64,000 nucleotides of DNA from Octopus sinensis (taxonomy: Eukaryota), in assembly GCF_006345805.1 (NCBI RefSeq), contig NC_043005.1, positions 81,530,001 through 81,594,000 on the forward strand, in the 5' to 3' direction. The notes under the pieces were generated by a model. The model was given only the letters and a program-made list of their open reading frames with translations. It had not been told where the DNA came from and searched no databases. Position numbers and translations under genes: made by a program. Positions 55,932-64,000 of this stretch are shown here, piece after piece. How positions within the stretch are numbered: the stretch's first letter is position 1; every line of letters begins with the position of its first letter.

Positions 55932-55990
<59 letters not shown>
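55528..55990 (+). mobile_element. 5'-truncated R4/Dong-like LINE: endonuclease C-terminus, 3' UTR and (TAA)n tail
   Basis: GDIRVGYKELENVGKYKLLKDEIARM*AVKRITFIT...KYVGTIGIDI...LLGTG...RLVF resembles the RLE domain end. A 3' UTR and (AAT)n tract follow (about 55933-55990). Confidence 0.75.
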
Positions 55991-55991
<1 letters not shown>

Positions 55992-56069
55992 TAGCTGCAA
56001 TAATAAGGATAATAATAACACAATGAGGTAGCGAAAGTGTTACGTTGGAAACTGTGTGAAAAGTAGGGG

Positions 56070-56330
56070 TTCAGTTCCACTGTGTGGCACCTTGGGCAAG
56101 TGTCTTCTTTTTGTGTTTGTGTTTGTGTGTCTGTGTTTGTCCCCTCAAAATCGCTTTGCAATCGATGGTGGTGTGCTTACGTCCCCGTAACTTAACGGTT
56201 CTGCAAAAGAGACCGATAGAATAAGTACTAGGCTTACAAAGAATAAGTTCTGGGGTCGATTTGCTCGACTAAAAGACAGTGCTCTAGCATGGCCACGGTC
56301 AAATGACTGAAACAAGTAAAAGAATAAAAG
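56070..56330 (+). mobile_element. SINE family B with internal deletion
   Basis: ttcagttccactgtgtggcaccttgggcaag ... gcatggccacggtcaaatgactgaaacaagtaaaagaataaaag. Confidence 0.75.
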
Positions 56331-56333
56331 CGT

Positions 56334-56364
<31 letters not shown>

Positions 56365-56759
56365 GATGACAAGACTAAAACGAAACACTGTAGTAAGAAC
56401 AGGAAAATAATTTCTATTTGCTTGTTTCTATAAAAGCAAATAAGAAAGCCAGAATAAAAGTTTGCGGCGACGCCATAGCTAACAACAAAACATATGAACA
56501 ACATCGATTTACATGCATCGACATAAACACCTGTCGGAATTGTACAAAACGAAGGGAGTCAATGAAAGAATAAATAAACATTGTAAGGTCCTTCAAGTAA
56601 TTCTGTCCATTGAGAAAAAACTATGCGAATATCGATCGCCCGATTGATCTGAACTATTGTGTAAGCAATGATAGTATCAAGAGATGCTGTGTTAATTCCG
56701 CGCTGAAGCATATTCTTAAAACAGAAAGAAAATATATTTCAGAACATTGAGGATAAAAG

Positions 56760-57000
56760 ATGAGATATCTCAGAGAAATCCAACAGAGACGAGAAAAAGG
56801 TGCAACAAATAGAAAAAAGTCTAATATCAGTAAAAACCCCCTCTGGAAATGCAAGAATAAAGTGACCCGAAAGATTATTGTAGACAGTAAAACGAGGAAA
56901 ATAAATTTCATCATGGCCTCGATTGATTATGGTAAAACGTTTGATTGTGCTACCCATTCGTCGCCACTAGGGAATCAATACATAAATGAATCAATCCTGA
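56760..57000 (+). pseudogene. Reverse transcriptase fragment of an R4/Dong-like LINE
   Basis: KIIVDSKTRKINFIMASIDYGKTFDCATHS matches the RT motif ILEDxKxRKxNLxMAWIDYKKAFDSVPHSW. Confidence 0.65.
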
Positions 57001-58176
57001 TACTAAGAAAAATCGTTAATGCTCACAAATCAAAAATCACCAAATGTTGGTCTGAGATTCTGCACTTTGAGTACAAGTCACAGAATAGTTTGCTATTTGT
57101 ATTTTCGGAGTCTATAAATAAAGGACTAGATAAGTTGTGCGGTCGATTTTTCGCTTTTCTTCCACTTACTCTCTCTCTCATTTCTCTCCTTATCAATCTT
57201 TCCCTCCTGCCCCCTCTCTCTCTCTCCTAGGATATATTACGTTACTCTGTGAGATGGTTTGTAGGAGACTAGAAATTGATGAGTGGTGAAAGACGGGCTA
57301 CCAAATTGCCGCCCAGAAAGAAAACTATATTCAACTGCAGTGTTGGGGTTAGTCGGATGTGCTGGAAGGTACAGCTTAGAGCGGGAATGAAGAAAAAAGA
57401 AGACTAATAAAATATTGTAACTATGTCACATAAAAATGGAAAAAGAAATCATTCCAAAGCAAAGAGCAAATAATTTAATCCAAGTTGTACTTATGTAAGA
57501 AAATACATTTTCCCAGATGACTCATGTTTTTCTTATTTTTGAAGTGAGAAACCCAACAATGTCTCAGAAATGGGTTTGGTTTTAATGGCTAGTGGTAAGT
57601 ATAATATATACAAGCAGTAGAATACAAGGGATCACAATATTTCCTCTGGCTTCTTAGTCTTTTTCATGTCTAATTTTATTGCGAAACACGATTATCTTAG
57701 AAAAGATATCCGACGGAAAATATGTTGACTATTCAATGCAAAAACCGTTGGAAAAGTCTATAAAAATGAACGAAATACGGTGCGGATACAACCTCGATAT
57801 TATTGAATTAGAAAAGAAATATGCATTTCAACACGAAATCTAAACCCCTGCAATTAATTTTTCTTACAGCTTGCAGACTGTAGCAGCACTTTCCACTTCA
57901 TGTATATTAGGCAAAAAATAAATGAAAAAATAAAATTCAAATTAATTAAAAACGGAGAAAAATAATCGCTGCACAAAACAATTCGTCCAAGATCAACGCT
58001 CGGCAATCTGGTGTAATCTTATAAAAGCATTTAGGCTATTGCAATATAAATTGTGCGGATGGGCAATTGGATTAAACAGACGTTTATATAAACGGAAACA
58101 ATAACCAAAATTAAAGATCTGGAAATTGAGATTAGCAGAATGCCGGAATTGAATATAGGAGCAGTTTCAGTAATAA

Positions 58177-58239
<63 letters not shown>

Positions 58240-58339
58240 TAATAATAATAATAAAATAATAATAATAATGAAAATAATAATAATAATGAAATTTTTTTTT
58301 TTTAATTTTATTTTTTTATGTATTAGACATTCACTAGTA

Positions 58340-58478
58340 CAACACAACCCCCCCCCCCCCAAATATATGGTACAGAACTTCCAACCTGTTGTCTCTTGAG
58401 GTCTCTGGGTGAGACTTGGAGCCAACTTGTACAGACATAAAGCAAAAGTCAAACATAGAATAATAATAATAATAATAT
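58340..58478 (+). mobile_element. Probable LINE 3' UTR remnant ending in (AAT)n
   Basis: Unique tract ...gaggtctctgggtgagacttggagcc...gtcaaacatagaat runs directly into an AAT tail. No ORF. Confidence 0.35.
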
Positions 58479-59291
58479 ACAAATACCAGTCATACAATGA
58501 ATAGAAAACGGCACAGCTTTACACGTACCGCATTGGATAATATTTAAAACTTTTTTGTCGTGGAATACGATGACAGGCATTAATATATGATACCAGGAAA
58601 TCAATAATAACATGGACTAAGCATAACTGAAGGAAATTCACATTAAAGACTACAAATTAACTGTAGTAAAATAAAATAGTTTTAATTATTACTCTTTTAC
58701 TCTTTTACTTGTTTCAGTCATTTGACTGTGGCCATGCTGGAGCACCGCCTTTAGTCGAGCAAGGACTTATTTTTTGTAAGCCTAGTACTTATTCTATAGG
58801 TGTCTTTTGCCGAACCGCTAAGTTACGGGGACGTAAACACACCAGCATCGGTTGTCAAGCGATGCTGGGAGGACAAACGCACGCGCACACACACACACAC
58901 ACACACATACACACACACAGATACATATATATACATATATATTGCATATTACACCTATGCATTTTTGAAATTATTTATATAAAGGTAGTTCAACCTAAAA
59001 CTAAAGCAATTTATCAGTCATGCAATAACAAAGTGGGAAACTGCAGTATGGCTATGTTTATGAGCAGATTCTAAACAGTAGTGGTATTCACAGGGGAGAA
59101 GACATTGGAAACGAACAAAGCAATTCGGATCAAGGCCTTCAAGGGAGATAATTGTTTGTTTCTACTCGACTTACGATGAATACAAACACCAGTCTTTCTA
59201 AACGGGGAATATATACAGTATTTTCACTCTAAGGAAAATTGGTAACTATTTAACAAAACAGGCAACAAATAACTTAAAACTCGTACGCGAA

Positions 59292-59686
59292 TACTCTTTA
59301 CTCTTTTACTTGTTTCAGTCATTTGACTGCGGCCATGCTGGAGCACCGCCTTTAGTCGAGCAAATCGGCCGCGGGACTTATTCTTTGTAAGCCCAGTACT
59401 TATTCTATCGGTGTCTTTTGCCGAACCGCTAAGTGACGGGGACGTAAACACACCAGCATCGGTTGTCAAGCAATGCTAGGGGGACAAACACAGACACACA
59501 AACATATACACACACACTTATATATACATATATACGACAGGCTTCTTTCAGTTTCCGTCTACCAAATCCACTGACAAGGCATTGGTCGGCCCGGGGCTAT
59601 AGCAGAAGACACTTGCCCAAGATGCCACGCAGTGGGATTGAACCCGGAACCATGCGGTTGTTTAGCAAGCTACTTACCACACAGCC
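59292..59686 (-). mobile_element. SINE family B, full length, with (GAGTAAAA)n tail
   Basis: Matches the 10011-10406 copy; a second partial copy lies at about 58690-58925. Confidence 0.85.
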
Positions 59687-59900
59687 AGAATTTGAAAAAA
59701 GTACTTGAATAGTATTTCAATTTATCACTTAAAGTGATGAAAAGCAAAGTTGACATAGATGGGATTAGAACTGAGTTGTGAAGTCTGGAAACAAATAACG
59801 GTAAACGATTTCTATGATGCTGTAACAATTCTGCCAGGTCACTGTACTAAATAATCTCTGATTTAGGTACAATGCCAGGAGTGTCAATGGATACCATACC

Positions 59901-60005
59901 ATCGAAGCCAGATCTACAATATTTTATGGAAACCAGTTGTACATTATTTTATCGAAGCCAGTTCTACATTATTTTATCGAAGCCAATTCTATATTATTTT
60001 ATCGA
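59901..60005. repeat. 25-bp minisatellite, about 4.2 copies
   Basis: ATCGAAGCCAGTTCTACATTATTTT units start at 59901, 59926, 59951 and 59976. Confidence 0.9.
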
Positions 60006-60129
60006 TCTCGTATAGATGAAATGCAAAGTTGACATTTAGTGAGATTTGAAACTAGGATTTAAAGAACATAAATATATACCTTAAGACATTTCTCCGACTA
60101 AAGATTTATCTAGGTTGACATCTTAACAA

Positions 60130-61094
60130 CAACAAAAGCAATAGCAATAATTTTAGCATAAGGCTAGCAGTTTTGAGGAGAGGATGCAGGTCAATAACAT
60201 CAACTCCGGTGCTAAACGGATACTTATCTTATTGACCTGAAAGCATGAAAGTCAAAATTGACCTCAGCAGAATTTGAATTCACATTGTAAAGATCTCGAA
60301 GCAATGCCGCTGAGCATTTTGCACAAAATGCAAAAGATTAATATTTCTTATTTCTTTACTGCCCACAAAGGGCTAAACATAGAGGGGACAAACAAGGCCA
60401 GACAGACGGATTAACTCGATTGTATCGACCCTAGTGCGTAATTGGTGCTTATTTAATCGATCCCGAAAGGATGAAAGGCAAAGTCGACCTCGACGGAATT
60501 TGAACTCAGGACGTAGCGGCAGACGAAATACCGCTAAGCATTTCGCCTGGTATGCTAACGATTCTGCCAGCGCGGCGTCTTTAATGGTTTTAAAATTTGG
60601 TACAAGGCCGGAAAGTTTAGGGAGACGGTATAATCGCGAAAGAATGAAACACAAAATAAATTGACATCGGTGTAATTTTAACCAGAACGTAAAAACGGAT
60701 GAAATTTGATTAAGCATTTCGCCTCGCATGCTAACGATTCTTTTCTACTCTAGGCACAAGACCTGAAATTTTGAGGGAGGGGTCAGTCGATTAGATCGAC
60801 CTCAGTACGCAGCTGGTACTTAATTTATTGAAACCGAAAGGATGAAAGGCTAAGTGGATTTCGGCGGAATTTGAATATTGTTTTCTACTCTAGGCAAAAC
60901 GTCCGAAATTTTTGCGAAGGGGTCAGTCAATTACGTCGAACCCAGTACGTAAACTGGTACTTAATTTATCGACCCCGAAACGATGAAAAGCAAAGTCGAC
61001 CTCGGCGGAATTTGAACTCAGAACATAAAGACAAACGAAATACTGCTAACAATTTCGCCCGGCGTGCTAACGATTCTACAAGCTCGCCATCTTA

Positions 61095-61095
<1 letters not shown>
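60130..61095 (-). mobile_element. Head-to-tail array of about five family A SINEs
   Basis: Repeated gatgaaaggcaaagtcgacctcggcggaatttgaactc segments; a full long-tail copy at about 60345-60580. Confidence 0.75.
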
Positions 61096-61149
<54 letters not shown>

Positions 61150-61928
61150 GCAACAACAACAAAAACAACAATAATAACAATAACAATAATAATAATAATA
61201 ATAATAATAATATTAATAATAATAATGCTACTACTATTAATAATAATAATAATAATAATAATAATTACGTGACGTTGTTTTATTTGTTGTAAACATCGAG
61301 AAATTAATAGTTAAAATTCATCGACTGAAACAATATCAAACAGCAGCAGCCATCAAAGGTATTTGTTGTTTTTAAACTATAACACTTTCAAGAATATTAT
61401 CCGATTATCACAAATGGCATCAGTTATTCTGTTGCCGTCATGTAAACATACACCACGTACACATAAGCTTAGCACTATTATAAACATGTCTAAGTTAGAA
61501 AACACATGAAAATATTAAAAAAAAATATTACTGAATTCGAGAAAAAAATATATCTACTCAGTCGTGTTAGATTAAGTCGAGAATGAGTATTTTAAAGTTG
61601 ATAAACAAAATGCGGTATCTCAACACATTGAAAAATAAATTTAGTAAATGTTATTCATTTCAAAAGAGGCTTCATTAAGCGGAACTTGATAATCACTCGT
61701 CAATTACAGGAAAACAAAGAGATAAAACAAGTTGGCGTATTAAAGTGAAAAAAGCTGCATCGCGTTATTGTTTGTTGGTAGTAAATTATTAACCAGAGTT
61801 TCCAAAAATAAATTTATAGAAATATACATGGAGATGAAAATAAAATGTAGATTTGACAGAGTATTACGTATATACCAGTGTCTCTAAATTAAGATACACA
61901 CACACATACACACATAAATATATATATA

Positions 61929-62118
61929 GGGAGAGTGTACGAAAAAAACAAAAAACGAAGACAGGTGGTGTACACAACAAACAGACGGATTAGTATAACG
62001 CTCAGGAATAGAAAAAAGTCTTTTACGTTTCGAGCCTACGCTCTTCTACAGAAAAGGACACAGAAAAAGCAAGGACAGAAAAAAATGTGTTTAGTGGCTA
62101 GCGATCTATCATGGCGAC
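61929..62118 (-). mobile_element. Short Penelope-like (pLTR-type) fragment between (TA)n tracts
   Basis: About 190 bp of unique sequence bounded by TA runs on both sides and carrying the hammerhead-like motif. PLE origin is inferred from that architecture. Confidence 0.5.
62018..62059 (-). ncRNA. Minimal type-I hammerhead ribozyme-like motif (variant core)
   Basis: Minus strand GUCCUUUU-CUGUAGA-A-GAGC(GUAG)GCUC-GAAAC-GUA/AAAGAC. Perfect 4-bp stem II, GAAA, palindromic ACGU stem III, and stem I UUU:AAA plus GUC:GAC. Core position A6 is U. Confidence 0.6.
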
Positions 62119-62299
62119 ATATATATATATATATGTCCTATATTTATTTCTCGTTCAGGCATTTTCCTTAAGCATGAAGCGAATAGGTCTTCTAAATATC
62201 TTATGCCTCTAGTGTAGTTTTAAGAACCATGATACTTATTAGAATTAGATCGACCATAAATGACAAAATACAATCAAAGGAATATTGCCGGTAAATAGT

Positions 62300-62570
62300 T
62301 CAACCTGTTTAGAGCTATACGATAACAGAGGGTCTTTAACAGATTGGTCAGGATCAACTGGAAAACAGGTTAACAAACGCTGCAGTTCTAGACAAGCTAG
62401 AAGTTTAAATCAACAAAGCTATCATATTTTGGAATTAGAAAGAACCATATTTCATGTCCAAGATCTTCCTGACAGGAAGTGTGAAGGGAAAGAGAGACAG
62501 AGGACTTGAAAGGTGTTTTGGGGCCCGCAATAGCAAAAAATGGAGTGGAAACTACAATTTTCAATGTGTC
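62300..62570 (+). mobile_element. RTE/Bov-B-like LINE 3' fragment
   Basis: Frame pieces LVRINWKT.LTNAAVLDKL and IFLTGSVKGKRDRG resemble the RTE RT C-terminal region. Confidence 0.55.
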
Positions 62571-63617
62571 CTTTTCTTCCTTGACAGAGCAGGGTATTGA
62601 GATAATTTAGGTGCTTCTGAGATAACTTAGATGCTACCTCAGTTGAAAACCCCCAAAGGCTTACCCAGTGTTTCGTAAACCATCTCAAATGCGTATATAA
62701 AGAGATAATTAGAAGAAATTTAGATGAAAATATTACAGAAATTCCGTAACCATATTGCCTTAATTGTTACCTTAATACCTGGCTAACATTGTGTGCAACC
62801 ATGGAGGTAAAAGTGGGGCAGATGCTCTACTAATTGCTCTAAACAGAGTAACCAAGGATGTATTTAATCTAATGTTGCGTCGCCTTGTAATATATTTCAT
62901 TTGTTATCAGTGCGTTGTTCATTTCTGTAACAACGAAGACTTGACCTCATATATATACGCACAATATCCAAACACTTGCTCACAGACGTCTAGAAGTAGA
63001 TTTTCCAAGAAGATAGAATCTATTTATGATGGCAAGACACAGCATAATTAGACAGTTAAATACACTGGCGATGACAGGATGTTAACTATCGACTCCTCAG
63101 CAGGTAAACCGGCAATCTATCATCCTGCAGAAATGCAGTAATCGTAAATAGAATACCAGCTGTGAGTATTAAAGAGACTAATAGATTGATACTGAAAGCA
63201 TTATTGGATGTCATGTTGAGAGCTATGACATAGGCTGTTGATAGATTGTTATGACTATGGAACTTGTCAATGGTTCTGTGATTCATTAGACAATTCCGTC
63301 ATAACAACTTTGCTTTTCTTTTGTCGCTATTGCTTCTTGACTTGATAACATGACTCACATTTACAGACACGATAGTGTATGTATGAATATATACATACAT
63401 ACATACATACATACATGTTATATATATGCATTTATATAAATGTGCGTGTGCGTATGTTATATATATAAATATAAACATATATTTATATATATGTATATAT
63501 ATATATACATATATATATGTACATATATATATACATATATATATGCACATATATATATATACACATACATATATATATATACATATATATAAATATACGT
63601 ATATATATATATGCATA

Positions 63618-63670
<53 letters not shown>

Positions 63671-64000
63671 GTATGTATACACACATACATATATGTGTGT
63701 GTGTGTGTTCAATATAGAATATGATATATGAAGTTAGTATCGAAAGTAATACAAACGTGGGCATAAGTTTTATATTATTTGACGCAGGTCGTTCGACTTG
63801 CACATGTTGGTAGCGAATCTGTTCGCGTATAGTAAACTCTACGTTCTGTTCTTTTTCATTGCAGGCAAATAACACATTTTAATCAATGTCAACGTAACGG
63901 CAGTGAGTTCTTGAGGGAGAGCAATTTGAGGACTATCCGCTGTCAAGAGAGGGCTACGGATATTTACATAGAATATACCGACAAGAGAAAGTCGTCTAAA

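Noticed and set aside
59175-59228. 54-bp candidate exon SENTVYIPRLERLVFVFI on minus
   Set aside because: Good splice sites but only vague similarity to the first beta strand; such short frames arise by chance.
63865-63902. 38-nt plus-strand segment with strong acceptor and gtgagt donor
   Set aside because: Not linked to any other plus-strand exon or recognisable product within the window.

Overview
AT-rich eukaryotic DNA made up mostly of microsatellites and interspersed repeats. The SINE families and repeat content look like a coleoid cephalopod (Octopus-like) genome; this is inferred, not proven. Almost every ORF in the supplied track is a simple-repeat artefact. Only one host protein-coding exon is well supported: a 258-bp phase-0/0 exon on the minus strand (21481-21738). 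It encodes the second half of the extracellular domain through pre-M1 of a pentameric ligand-gated ion channel resembling the invertebrate Cys-less (Pro-loop) orphan group. I could not find its neighbouring exons, so most of the window is probably intron. The rest holds at least four tRNA-derived SINE families, mariner, R4/Dong, RTE and CR1-like relics, a candidate solo LTR, a 1.1-kb long-TIR element with a 6-bp TSD, minisatellites and local tandem duplications. The most unusual signal is several minimal type-I hammerhead-ribozyme-like motifs (62018-62059 on minus; 3484-3595, 16633-16684 and 51826-51869 on plus). Most sit in short elements beside (TA)n arrays, an architecture known from Penelope-like retroelements.
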